A stretch of DNA of 36,680 bases from a virus (Duplodnaviria; Caudoviricetes), in IMG/VR virus record IMGVR_UViG_3300043171_000189, positions 1-36,680 of that record; one strand, 5' to 3'. The notes under the pieces are model-generated. The model searched no databases. It had not been told where the DNA came from and saw only the letters and a program-made list of their open reading frames with translations. Of the stretch, positions 24,867 through 34,651 are shown one piece after another. The position numbers and the translations under genes are program-made. Numbering within the stretch: position 1 is the first letter of the stretch; each line of letters starts with the position of its first letter.

Positions 24867-25466
24867 TTAAGTCTCGATCAGGGTCCAGAACCACGATGGT
24901 CCTACATACGCATCACCATCAATTACAGCACCTGGTGAAGTAAGATCAATCGATGGTACAGCATACGCTTTGAACCGGACAAGTTCATTAGGTAGCCAAT
25001 CAAATAGCATTGAGAGTTTTGTACCAAACTGGTTCTGATCACGATTCAGTTCAAAAGTTCTCAATGATTCTGAATTAGGTGTCCATGAAAACCCATCGTC
25101 AATGGATCGTTCCGATACGATATATAATGTGGTTGTACCCACAACCGTTTTCGCAGGAGCAAAACTGAATGTACCAGTGAGAACGGGAATAGTTCTACCT
25201 GATGTGTTCTTCACCTCACCATTGGGAATATTAAACAGTTCGCATTCATGTGCCTCGAAGAAGTTTTCCAATGGGAAAAATGATGGATTATTCGGATCAG
25301 CACTGATGGTGATAGTTGCCAAGGAGTTACCGGCAAAATGGACATGATTAGGCCTTAACCGTTGAATGTCATCCTCATCGGTCATCTGATCACCCTGAGT
25401 GACACCACCTTTTAACACCTCAGTGATTTCACCACTGGACAGAATTTCTTGTAAATCTCTTGACAT
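24867..25466 (-). CDS. Putative virion accessory / fibre protein with beta-rich C-terminal domain
   Basis: Start revised to MSRDLQEILSSGE at 25466 (GGGAGGG RBS); late-block position. Confidence 0.6.
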   Translation of the reverse strand: MSRDLQEILSSGEITEVLKGGVTQGDQMTDEDDIQRLRPNHVHFAGNSLATITISADPNNPSFFPLENFFEAHECELFNIPNGEVKNTSGRTIPVLTGTFSFAPAKTVVGTTTLYIVSERSIDDGFSWTPNSESLRTFELNRDQNQFGTKLSMLFDWLPNELVRFKAYAVPSIDLTSPGAVIDGDAYVGPSWFWTLIET

Positions 25467-25476
25467 CTTACCCTCC

Positions 25477-25881
25477 CTAAATGGTGACAAATTCACCGTT
25501 AAAAGTTACAATTTCACCATCGAAAGTCACCTGTTGGAAACTATCCACCCAACCGTTTATAGCGAGTGCTTTGTACAGTATCCATTCACTAAAGTTAGTG
25601 GCATCTTCTACACGAAGATAAAGGTAGACGATATCATTCACCGAGAACACTTCAGGTGTTTCAAGTATACCATCGTTTCTCGGTACGATCACCCTATCAG
25701 TGGATACACCACCCTTCACCCGATAAACACATTTTACCGTTTGACCGGGATGAGATACATCGGTCTCCCACTCAACGGATACTTTATTATCGTACCCGGT
25801 GAGTCTGAAAACGATGAGTGGTGCAAGACCATCCTCAGTTTTAGGGGCAATACACGCCCCATCTGGTACAGGACATGCCAT
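25477..25881 (-). CDS. Putative virion protein, Ig/FN3-like with terminal VTF-x-GE repeats
   Basis: Beta-rich with VSVEW...Y-x-RV...FSEW; ends QVTFDGEIVTFNGEFVTI. Confidence 0.55.
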   Translation of the reverse strand: MACPVPDGACIAPKTEDGLAPLIVFRLTGYDNKVSVEWETDVSHPGQTVKCVYRVKGGVSTDRVIVPRNDGILETPEVFSVNDIVYLYLRVEDATNFSEWILYKALAINGWVDSFQQVTFDGEIVTFNGEFVTI

Positions 25882-26435
25882 TAGATTACTCCTGTGTACT
25901 CAGGCAGCATTGCATCAAACTCTTCTGGTGTTGGTTGTGGAATGACATTAGAAAGAACATCTCTTTTTATATCATCCGTCTTTTCCCACAAATCTTCGTT
26001 CCAATCAAGCACATCAAGAGCGAATTGGTAGTGTGAGTAGGTTGGTCTGCGATTGTACTTCGCCATACCCTCTATGCCAGTGAACGCCAAGTTGTGATCA
26101 GCATTGTACTTGTCGATCTTGGCTTGCACAATGCTCTCAATGTATTCAACAGCGTACCGGGCAGTAGCCAAGTCTATGTCAGCCTCAATCTTGCCCCAAT
26201 CGGCCATATAAATACCGTCAGCGTTAGGTACTTGAAGGTAGTGTGAGTACCTTGTACCGTCTTCTTGCAGACTATACTCAAGGAGGATAGGAAACCCTTC
26301 ACTATCAAAGGCTCTGTCGTATTTCACAAGGTCAACCTTCTGAAACCACACTTCCACTCTTGGGTCTGTGTCAGGGTAGCAGTCATCGCCACCGATAGTG
26401 CTTTGCCTATATGTCTTTATGTTTAGATATCTCAT
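25881..26435 (-). CDS. Tail fibre assembly-like protein
   Basis: Directly after the fibre gene (TAATG coupling at 26435); C-terminal W-x3-LW...PTPEEF-x-AMLP pattern. Confidence 0.6.
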   Translation of the reverse strand: MRYLNIKTYRQSTIGGDDCYPDTDPRVEVWFQKVDLVKYDRAFDSEGFPILLEYSLQEDGTRYSHYLQVPNADGIYMADWGKIEADIDLATARYAVEYIESIVQAKIDKYNADHNLAFTGIEGMAKYNRRPTYSHYQFALDVLDWNEDLWEKTDDIKRDVLSNVIPQPTPEEFDAMLPEYTGVI

Positions 26436-27412
26436 TATTTCCATCTCCCTATGGCGAAAAGTTCTAATCGGTCAACTTGCCCGGTTGTGAAAGCAACAGC
26501 CCTTTGAACATACACCACCCATACATCAGAACCTAAGGAAGCGTATCCGTTAGCAACGTATGCAGCTCCGATGTCATATACTATTACTGAGGCTACAACT
26601 TGACCGACTGTAGCACATGGGTAACCAAAGTTATTATCAGGGCTTCTTGACTGACCGTCGATAATAGAACTCGTCCCGAATTGGTGGTTCTGTTCGTCAA
26701 AGTACATCAGGAGCGTACCGTCCGGAAACTTTGTGTAAAACCCCTTATCCGTGCTACCCATGACGGTGCCACCTGGGTAAATCTTAGCTGTTGGACTACC
26801 TCCAAGGGAATCTGGATCTACATAGGCCACACCAGCCCAATCTTGACCAGATATCAAAACCTCTGATGTTATCTTTACTGCTAAGTCTTCTAGTTCATTT
26901 GGTAATCCACTCCCTGTTGTGTGTATTGTTGTCAATGGGTTTACGCTGTCAGCGTATCCTTGCGCTCTGTCTGCTTCATCCTCTGCCCGGTCAGCATCTT
27001 CACCTGTTGCAATTCGATCCAATGCTGTTTGATCAGCGTCTGCTGAGGCAGATACCGCTGAGTCGAAAGCAACTTGCTTACAGTTCGCAGCATCTTGTGC
27101 TGAGTCGTAAGCATTCGTTTCACTGATACCTGCAGCTTCAGCAGCTGCCTCAGCTTCATCCCTGTATTCAATAACCTCATCTGTAAGTTCTGTGAACTGT
27201 TGAAGAGGTACCGCTTGGAGACCTACTGTGGCGTTACCTGGTAGCACCAATGGTCCTGTCATAGGAGCACTACCATCTCTAGGTAACGATGCTGTAATTT
27301 CATTACCTATATCAGGCATTGTACCGTTTGCCCAAGTCGAGGTGATGGTTGTTCCAGTTACAACTGGATTGCCCACAGGCAGGCTGTAAACACCCTGATC
27401 ATTTCTTGGCAT
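26435..27412 (-). CDS. Tail fibre / receptor-binding protein
   Basis: N-terminal anchor MPRN-x2-G-x-YSLP-x-GNPVVTGTTI-x-STWAN, Ala-rich helical stalk, C-terminal G-x-Y-x-KFPDGTL...AIGRWK domain. Confidence 0.8.
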   Translation of the reverse strand: MPRNDQGVYSLPVGNPVVTGTTITSTWANGTMPDIGNEITASLPRDGSAPMTGPLVLPGNATVGLQAVPLQQFTELTDEVIEYRDEAEAAAEAAGISETNAYDSAQDAANCKQVAFDSAVSASADADQTALDRIATGEDADRAEDEADRAQGYADSVNPLTTIHTTGSGLPNELEDLAVKITSEVLISGQDWAGVAYVDPDSLGGSPTAKIYPGGTVMGSTDKGFYTKFPDGTLLMYFDEQNHQFGTSSIIDGQSRSPDNNFGYPCATVGQVVASVIVYDIGAAYVANGYASLGSDVWVVYVQRAVAFTTGQVDRLELFAIGRWK

Positions 27413-27417
27413 CTTTT

Positions 27418-29373
27418 CTACTCCTCTATGTTCCTAGATTGTTCGAGCCTAATTGCACCACCTACATTCTTACCATATCTATTGAATTGATCTCTAAATA
27501 TGCTTGCAACTGTTGCTCTTTGTTCTGGATGAATACCTTGCATGAAATCAGCTAACACTTTAGGATCAAGGGTAGCCTTATCCAACATTGCTTCCATCTT
27601 GCCTGCCTGCTTACCACCAATAGTTTTCATCAATCTCTTAAATCCTGTCACCATAGGACTCAAAAGAGGAGGTGTATACTTATCGATTTGCTGACCAAGA
27701 GTTTCAACACCCTCAACCTTATTGCCCATAGATTGACTGAGTGAAATATCTCTTTGTGCCATATCTCTCAGAGCATCTATCTTATCGATTGCTTCTTGAC
27801 CGCCTGCAACACTAGGTCTCATTGCCTGAGTTGTGCTGTCAATTTGTATCGGTAAACCTGCTCTTCTGGCAGTACCTGTTGCATCATCAAGAGCATTTAA
27901 AAAGGCTACAGGGTTTTCACCTGCATTCTGATTATACGCTTTCTTCAATTGATTAACATAATCGGCACGATTCTGAGGTGTAATCTTTTCAACAAAAGTT
28001 TCCTCAGCAGTTTTAAACTCATCTGATGAACCCTTCATCCAATCCGTGAGACCTCTTCTGGTTTTGAGAAGTTCCTCTGTGGCTTGAATATCTGATGGGT
28101 CAATGGCATTCCTACCTTGACGAATTGTCTTATCAATGGCCTTTCTTTTATTCTGCAAAGAACCAATCGATTCTGTAGGGAGAACAGATGCAATAGACGT
28201 TTCATGCCTCATTGTTGGCATTCCAGGTTCTTCAATGCTGACCACACCCTTCACATCTCTTCCTGGCACACGACCTCTGTTTGTACGACCATTACCAAAT
28301 GCTTTGGTATTTAACAGTTCCTGTGTGAGGATATCTTCACCAGTTAATGATGCTTTTATTGCCTCGGGACCACGCAAAGCATCAGTAATTGTATCAGGTA
28401 TATGAACAATCTCTTTTCCTGCAGCATCATACATTGGACCAACTTCAGCAGCAACAGCCTCTTCAAAATCGGTCTTAATTGATTTACCCGAGCTATCATA
28501 CTTCTTAGCTCCACCACCAATCATTTCATCGAATTGTCTGAGAGCAGCTTCTTTGTTCTGAGCATCACGAAGGTTAAAATCACCTGCCTGTAAACGCCCT
28601 CTTGCCTGCTTCTCAAGGCTTATTAGCTCAGGGTATCTACCACTTTGTTCAACACCAATCATGCCTACAGTAGGCTGTTCTCCTGCTATTTTAGGAGAAT
28701 AACGTCTGAGTTCATCAGCAACAGCATCTGCCTTATCACCAAAGGTTTTCTGAAGATGTTTGGTCACACCACCTTCAACATCACCAACCTGTGATCTGCC
28801 GAAGTCGTATACTTTACCACCAGTATGTGCAGCTGTGGTCATACCGGCACCCAGTACACCACCCAGTTTAGCCCTTTCCTTCTGAGTTTCCCAGTAATCA
28901 GCCTCAGGGTCAACGGGCATTAATGTAGACTGACCTGCGCCAATAAGACCCATTCTAGCAATATCTGCAGCTTTGCTTGCAGCTGTGAGCTTACTTGCAG
29001 GATTAGCCCATGTAACAGGATTGACCATTGTGCCGGCCATTCTTGCCATATCGAATCCTTCAGGTGTAGGATAATCCTCTTGTGCCTCAGCATATCGTGC
29101 TTCACTTTCTTTGGCCCATTGTGGCTTATCACCTGTCATCTTTTCGATGGTCTTACCTAGAAGCTGTGTTGTACCGAAAACAGGATCAAGGGCACCTCTA
29201 AGCATTCGCTCGGGTATAGTTGCAAGATCGGGACTGTTATCAGCTCTAACACCAGAAGCACCACCTCGAACATCAGTGACCTTGAGGCCACCCCACTTCG
29301 CCCGGAGTTCTTCCTGAGTTGGTTGTGAAGCAGGAGCATTCCACTTCGCTCGGAGTTCTTCCTGAGTTGGCAT
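27418..29373 (-). CDS. Large internal virion / DNA ejection protein
   Basis: 651 aa, Ala/Gly-rich helical, last of four genes between nozzle/GNAT and fibre. Confidence 0.7.
   Translation of the reverse strand: MPTQEELRAKWNAPASQPTQEELRAKWGGLKVTDVRGGASGVRADNSPDLATIPERMLRGALDPVFGTTQLLGKTIEKMTGDKPQWAKESEARYAEAQEDYPTPEGFDMARMAGTMVNPVTWANPASKLTAASKAADIARMGLIGAGQSTLMPVDPEADYWETQKERAKLGGVLGAGMTTAAHTGGKVYDFGRSQVGDVEGGVTKHLQKTFGDKADAVADELRRYSPKIAGEQPTVGMIGVEQSGRYPELISLEKQARGRLQAGDFNLRDAQNKEAALRQFDEMIGGGAKKYDSSGKSIKTDFEEAVAAEVGPMYDAAGKEIVHIPDTITDALRGPEAIKASLTGEDILTQELLNTKAFGNGRTNRGRVPGRDVKGVVSIEEPGMPTMRHETSIASVLPTESIGSLQNKRKAIDKTIRQGRNAIDPSDIQATEELLKTRRGLTDWMKGSSDEFKTAEETFVEKITPQNRADYVNQLKKAYNQNAGENPVAFLNALDDATGTARRAGLPIQIDSTTQAMRPSVAGGQEAIDKIDALRDMAQRDISLSQSMGNKVEGVETLGQQIDKYTPPLLSPMVTGFKRLMKTIGGKQAGKMEAMLDKATLDPKVLADFMQGIHPEQRATVASIFRDQFNRYGKNVGGAIRLEQSRNIEE
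29293..29370. repeat. 30-bp coding direct repeat (PTQEELRAKW twice)
   Basis: 29293-29322 and 29341-29370, 29/30 identical, period 48 nt (in frame). Confidence 0.95.
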
Positions 29374-30581
29374 TACTCACCTCCTTCTACTGGAACAATC
29401 ATGCCGTTTTCTTCTTTATATAATATACCATCGATCATTTGTGTCTTTGCATCATCAGGTGTTTCCTTACCCATCATTTCTTTGATCATTTCTTGCTGAC
29501 CTCGGGCATATTGCTCAAGATTATAATCTCCATCTTGCTCAAGGTCTTTCGAGGCAAGGTCCATAAATCTCTGAAGCTGTACCTTGAAACGTGCAAGTTG
29601 TTCATCAAACTCAGGCGAAGAAGGGTTAAGGTTTGCTGCAGCTTTTTCAACGAATGTCCATTCCTGAACAGCCATGTTGCCAAGTTTACCTTTATCACCC
29701 ATCGTTGCAACTCTCTTACCGAAAGTCTTCACTTTGTTGGTGATACCCTCAAACTGATCTGCACCGGTACCCTGTTTAGTGAGACCTGCTGCAGCACCAC
29801 CAATAGTGTTGGTCAATTTGCCTGCTACCGGTCCAGTGGAGGCATCAAAAAATTCACCTTCCTGGAAGTCGAGAATGGTTTCATAAATATCACCCATCTC
29901 GTAAAGGACACTGTCAGCATTGGCTTTTTTGGCAGCGTTCTTGGATGTAGTACCTTTTCCTGCATTCAATCCTCTTTGTTTGGCAACATCCATAGTACTC
30001 AATCGATCAAGTCTTTGCTGTTCCAACAATGCAGCTGCCTTGATTCTTTCTCTCTCGGCTAGTCGATTGTTAGCTGTGGTGGCAGAAAGTACGTTTCTAT
30101 CATCAGCAGTAGTAGCGGTCTGAGTGGCGTAGTTGTTAGCCTGTGCCTTACCCATCATCGATTGTGGGAGTTTTGAGGTCTGACCTAGACCCTGTTTAGC
30201 TTGTTCTGCACCCATTGGTAGATTACTCATCTGACCGTAAATCGCAGCCTGACGAGCATTCTCAGCCATCATAGCATTCGGGTCTTGCATGTTAACCGGT
30301 GTAGTCGGAGTAAGCTGACCACGAAGAGCACCTAATCTACTAAGCTGTTCGGCACTGAGGCCACGCATAGCATCTTCGGTACGCCTCTGATCAATGCTAC
30401 CAGATGTCTTATTCATGGCATTAGCAATCGATCTGCCCGCAGACCACGGTGCAACATTCCCACCGATTTGGCGAATGGTTTCTTGTGGTGCCTGCTGTGC
30501 CTTATTTCTGAGAAATTCAGCTTTCATAAGCTGTTCCTCAAGGCTAAAATCTAAGTTGGGGTCATTCAAATTATACGGCAT
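29373..30581 (-). CDS. Internal virion / DNA ejection protein
   Basis: Gln/Ala/Met-rich; LGNMAVQEW motif; positional context. Confidence 0.65.
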   Translation of the reverse strand: MPYNLNDPNLDFSLEEQLMKAEFLRNKAQQAPQETIRQIGGNVAPWSAGRSIANAMNKTSGSIDQRRTEDAMRGLSAEQLSRLGALRGQLTPTTPVNMQDPNAMMAENARQAAIYGQMSNLPMGAEQAKQGLGQTSKLPQSMMGKAQANNYATQTATTADDRNVLSATTANNRLAERERIKAAALLEQQRLDRLSTMDVAKQRGLNAGKGTTSKNAAKKANADSVLYEMGDIYETILDFQEGEFFDASTGPVAGKLTNTIGGAAAGLTKQGTGADQFEGITNKVKTFGKRVATMGDKGKLGNMAVQEWTFVEKAAANLNPSSPEFDEQLARFKVQLQRFMDLASKDLEQDGDYNLEQYARGQQEMIKEMMGKETPDDAKTQMIDGILYKEENGMIVPVEGGE

Positions 30582-30590
30582 AATTTCTCC

Positions 30591-31469
30591 TTAAATACCT
30601 TTCCAAATAGTGTTAGCCATGTTTCCTGCAGCAGTACCACCACTAGCCCATGCATCACCAGTAACCTGCCCTGCAACATTCCCCGCAGTATTAGCACCAC
30701 CTGCGATATTACCAAGGCCAGGTGCAGAAACATTACCCACCTCACCTTGGAGTGGGATGCCCATTTGATTGAAACCTGGTGCAGCAATCGCATTCTGTTG
30801 CCAAGTAGTACCAAGATCAGCCATTGTACCAAGATTCGATCTGAGATTACCTTGACCTTGTTGCCATGCAGTATTACCGGCACCGATTGCCTGAAGGTCA
30901 GCACGACTTCTATTATCACTGAGGGTCCGTTCACCACGATCCATAGCGGTACTTTGAATTGGTATACCCATTGCAGCATAACGTGCTCTCTGAGCATTTT
31001 CGGTGTCAGCCAGGCCAGGTTCTTGCAATCCACGGATGGAGTTCATAACATCGTTATTTACACCAAAATCACCCATGTCAAGATTACCAACACCCTCGCT
31101 ATAGTTGCCCCTCAGTACACCAAGAGCTTCTTGAAGTTCGGGTGCGATTTCATTTCTCTGAGTGATATTGCCCTGATCATCTTGTTCCCATCTTGTACTA
31201 CCGAAGTCGGAAATCTGATCAGGTCGATTGTAACTCAAGCCACCAATACTACGAGCTAGGTTCTCATTAGCGATTTCTCGGTTTTGATCCCGAGACCATG
31301 CCATGTTATCTCGATTCCAATCTTGCTCTAATTGTGCGAGACCAAGAGCATCCTGCTGATATTCGGAAGCAGCTTCGGCTCTAGCATCATCTGCTTGACC
31401 TTGCCCATAGATTGCACCTGCAGCACCAATACCACCACTTATTACATCACCCCAATCAGTATTTCCCAT
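30591..31469 (-). CDS. Internal virion / DNA ejection (pilot-like) protein
   Basis: N-terminal glycine zipper (ISGGIGAAGAIYG), NRPDQ-x3-FGS motif, Gly/Ala/Asn-rich tail. Confidence 0.65.
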   Translation of the reverse strand: MGNTDWGDVISGGIGAAGAIYGQGQADDARAEAASEYQQDALGLAQLEQDWNRDNMAWSRDQNREIANENLARSIGGLSYNRPDQISDFGSTRWEQDDQGNITQRNEIAPELQEALGVLRGNYSEGVGNLDMGDFGVNNDVMNSIRGLQEPGLADTENAQRARYAAMGIPIQSTAMDRGERTLSDNRSRADLQAIGAGNTAWQQGQGNLRSNLGTMADLGTTWQQNAIAAPGFNQMGIPLQGEVGNVSAPGLGNIAGGANTAGNVAGQVTGDAWASGGTAAGNMANTIWKGI

Positions 31470-31472
31470 TAT

Positions 31473-32654
31473 TTAACCTCGTCTTCCCCATGGATTAATT
31501 CTACCATACATTTCCGATCCATCACCACCACCTTTATAAAGGTCTCGCAACCACGTAGGTATTGATTTTTGTGCATATCTTGGATCACCCTCAAAAGATG
31601 TAGGTTGTGTGGGTACCTGTGGTGCAATTGATACTGGCACACCTGCCTCACTAAAACCAACATTTCTATTATCGTTTCCACTGCCAACACCGAGTCCATA
31701 ATTATTCTCAGCATTGAAGTCAGCAGGACCATAACTACCACTTTCAATCGAATTTGCTATGTTCTCTGCAATGTTGCCACCATACCATTCACCGGCTTTA
31801 CTTCCTAGCTTGTTGCCAACAAGGCTTCCTAATGGGCCGAGGAGGGCATCACCAAAAGCACCACCAAGCATCCCGGCAGCATCACCAAAGGTATCGGTTG
31901 CCCAGTTTGATGGTTCGTCTTGTACAGCCAGTGCACGATCACTGTTACCAAATACATCACTGGTAAAGTCTCGTCTGTCATAAGTGTTCTCGGGTGCCTC
32001 TTCTCGGGTGTCAAGCAAACTACCAAGAAATCCTAAACCTGCTCCACCAACAAGGCCTGCACCAGGGCCACCTGCGACATTTCCTGCAACATTTCCTATG
32101 GTGTGACCTAAATCACCCCATGTGGTGCCCATTGGAAAGTTATTGGTTTGAGTGGTTTCAACATTATCCCATGGTGTTCTACCCATCGATAATGAGCTAT
32201 TTGCTGCTAAATTTTGTGGTTGTGTGTTGGGCGCCGAACCTGCCCAAGCAGATCGTGTATTTGGTGCAGCTTGACCAAGTGACCCTCTGAGAGCATCTGA
32301 GAGAGAAATACCACCATTCTCCCAATCGGTTGATATTAGACCAGTTCTAGCCTGAGTATCTTCAATCAGCTTAACCCTAGCTGCTTCAACTGCTTTGGCC
32401 TTGTTAACTCTTTCTGCCTCTGCTCTTGCAGTTTGCTGTGCTCGGGTTTCAAAGCTATTAGCTCTACCACCACTACCGCTTTGAGATGTAGCAACATCGC
32501 CCCAGTAATTACCAGTAAGGCCAGTGTTTCGATTTCTACTAGCAACAGAGTCACGACTATTCCAACTATTGCCAGAATTACCACCACCTCCACCACCGTA
32601 ATTGCCACCACCTCGATCACTACCGCCTGAACTTTCACCACCATAATTTGGCAT
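31473..32654 (-). CDS. Gly-rich internal virion protein
   Basis: Gly/Ser/Asn-rich N-terminus and two glycine-zipper segments; follows the GNAT gene. Confidence 0.6.
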   Translation of the reverse strand: MPNYGGESSGGSDRGGGNYGGGGGGNSGNSWNSRDSVASRNRNTGLTGNYWGDVATSQSGSGGRANSFETRAQQTARAEAERVNKAKAVEAARVKLIEDTQARTGLISTDWENGGISLSDALRGSLGQAAPNTRSAWAGSAPNTQPQNLAANSSLSMGRTPWDNVETTQTNNFPMGTTWGDLGHTIGNVAGNVAGGPGAGLVGGAGLGFLGSLLDTREEAPENTYDRRDFTSDVFGNSDRALAVQDEPSNWATDTFGDAAGMLGGAFGDALLGPLGSLVGNKLGSKAGEWYGGNIAENIANSIESGSYGPADFNAENNYGLGVGSGNDNRNVGFSEAGVPVSIAPQVPTQPTSFEGDPRYAQKSIPTWLRDLYKGGGDGSEMYGRINPWGRRG

Positions 32655-32657
32655 AAA

Positions 32658-33083
32658 TTACACCTTTAGAAATTTACAAAATTCGGGACGCATTACTGAT
32701 AAATAGACGTTTTCTCGCTTCTCAGTGACACCTCTCAGAACACCCTCAAGTTTAAATCCTACCCCCTGAGTCAATCGAATTGATGCAGTATTGGCACCAA
32801 CTATGGAGTTTGAAAGTCTTTCTAACTTGAGTGTAACAAAAGCATGATGAAAAGTCTTCTCAATTAACCCTCTCATCATTTGGTGAGGAGTTAACATTCT
32901 CACCTGAATAAAGGCATTTATACCATTCGAATTGACAAGTGTTATTCCACCAACAAGTTCACCATCTTTCTCAATAGCAAAGGCACCTACAATATTATCA
33001 ATATTTGTATCGTATGGTATCCCATCATTAACCCATTTGACGATACGCTCATAATGCTTGCTATGAGTAAGATATTGACTCAT
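32658..33083 (-). CDS. GNAT-fold acetyltransferase-like morphogenesis protein
   Basis: FHHAF-x2-L-x-L-x-RL, N-x-ASIRL-x3-VGFKLEG-x-LR (RimJ/RimL-like); position between nozzle and ejection genes. Confidence 0.8.
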   Translation of the reverse strand: MSQYLTHSKHYERIVKWVNDGIPYDTNIDNIVGAFAIEKDGELVGGITLVNSNGINAFIQVRMLTPHQMMRGLIEKTFHHAFVTLKLERLSNSIVGANTASIRLTQGVGFKLEGVLRGVTEKRENVYLSVMRPEFCKFLKV

Positions 33084-34651
33084 ATTGGGCCACCTGCTTC
33101 AAAAAGCCAGTTCGTTGATAACCAGGTTACTTCACTTGTTGAGGTGAAAGTCATAATTAATGAGGCAGTAAACCCGATGCCCACAACACCAACCCAATCA
33201 GCACTAGCATTTGTACCACCCGACCAGTATGCATCGTCCCAATCAGAATTATCCCACATACCGTAATTTATGCCTGCTTGCTGTTTCGGAGCATCAACTG
33301 TGTCAAACTGATAATCAGTGTTTATGCCGATATTATAATCAAAATTACCATCTGTGAGGAAAGTAGGTCGAACCATCTTAAAATGCTTATCTTGACTCAG
33401 ATTGTCGAAGAATGAGAACGATTGTTGAACACTAGCAGTAATGGGATTACCACCTTCATTATTATATTCAACCTTATCTTTCGTCCCTTCCCATGCTCGG
33501 TAGACAGCACCAATCGTACCGAATAATAAGTTTTCCCTGGTAGTCATCCAACAGGAAGCAGGCATACCGGTAAAAGTACACCATGCCTGGCGAACAGTGT
33601 TAAAAGCTAGTTGTGCATTTTGGCTAGTTTCAACACCCGGAACATTCACCAAAACCATATTTGCAGCAGGATAATTGACTAACTGCCACCCTTCTCTTGA
33701 TGAACCTTCTGTGGTGAGTTCTGAAATAAGGTTTTGAATTTTTATAGAAAGTGCAGATGAGAATGGTGAACCATCTTGAGATTGTGCCACACCATTCATC
33801 GAGATGAGACCGTATTGAGTGAGAATTGCAACATCACCACCATACTTCATGAAGCATCTGCGATTGAATGTGGCACCGATAAAGTAGACACCCACAAGAC
33901 TCCAATTAGCAGGTGCATCATTAACATCTATTCCTTGATAAACTGCTACTTCACCTGAACTGGAAATAGCCAACAAATAATCATCCGAACCATCACCACT
34001 ATCTCTAGTCCATGTGGTGAGTGCCTGCAGGTAACCACCACGACTAAAAACAGGCCCAAAGTCGAAGTTACTAGCTATACCAAAAATTTGATTTGGTGGA
34101 AGATACCAACCGATTGCACTGTCCTTCTCAATGGCCCACAGTCTACGCTGATGGATTGTACAATGAATAAGGTCAGCAGGGTCAACACCATTCCATGTAC
34201 CCACATCAACACCATCGCCTGCAGTCAATCGTTGCCATCCTGTGTCAGAATACCAAATGCCATCATCTACACCGTTAAAGCCGATGAGGTGGGTACCTGC
34301 GTCATTTCCCATTGAAACGTGCTGTACTTTAGGTTCAGTGAGAAGAACATCAGGGGGAGCAGTAACATCACCAGGAAGAGTGATATCGTAGATACCATCT
34401 TGGTCAATAGCAAATATGGTTTCGACACCAGTGTTTGACTTCCAAACCATACCGGTCTCAACTTCACCATTAAACCCATCAGCATGTTTAACTGTGCCTT
34501 TTCTGAGCACGCAACCATAGGATGAAGGGTACCAATTACGAAGAATAATGGCATCTTCCTTACCCATCGATGATAGAGCGTCATAGGCGTTAAGCCCACC
34601 AATGGGGCAAACAACAGTGGTAGATTCAGATATTTGTCTCATACTCTCCAA
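33080..34651 (-). CDS. Tail nozzle / DNA stabilisation protein (P22 gp10 / T7 gp12 position)
   Basis: PIGGLNA-x-D...A-x2-L-x-NW-x-P N-terminus, beta-propeller-like composition, follows the adaptor. Confidence 0.8.
   Translation of the reverse strand: MESMRQISESTTVVCPIGGLNAYDALSSMGKEDAIILRNWYPSSYGCVLRKGTVKHADGFNGEVETGMVWKSNTGVETIFAIDQDGIYDITLPGDVTAPPDVLLTEPKVQHVSMGNDAGTHLIGFNGVDDGIWYSDTGWQRLTAGDGVDVGTWNGVDPADLIHCTIHQRRLWAIEKDSAIGWYLPPNQIFGIASNFDFGPVFSRGGYLQALTTWTRDSGDGSDDYLLAISSSGEVAVYQGIDVNDAPANWSLVGVYFIGATFNRRCFMKYGGDVAILTQYGLISMNGVAQSQDGSPFSSALSIKIQNLISELTTEGSSREGWQLVNYPAANMVLVNVPGVETSQNAQLAFNTVRQAWCTFTGMPASCWMTTRENLLFGTIGAVYRAWEGTKDKVEYNNEGGNPITASVQQSFSFFDNLSQDKHFKMVRPTFLTDGNFDYNIGINTDYQFDTVDAPKQQAGINYGMWDNSDWDDAYWSGGTNASADWVGVVGIGFTASLIMTFTSTSEVTWLSTNWLFEAGGPI

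Noticed and set aside
25881-27412. Diversity-generating retroelement acting on the tail fibre
   Set aside because: No reverse transcriptase ORF and no template/variable repeat pair seen.
29439-30062. Long antisense ORFs (this one, 2172-2768, 14015-14527, 25399-25884, 30747-31259 and similar)
   Set aside because: They shadow well-supported genes on the opposite strand and have no motifs; likely by-products of codon bias.
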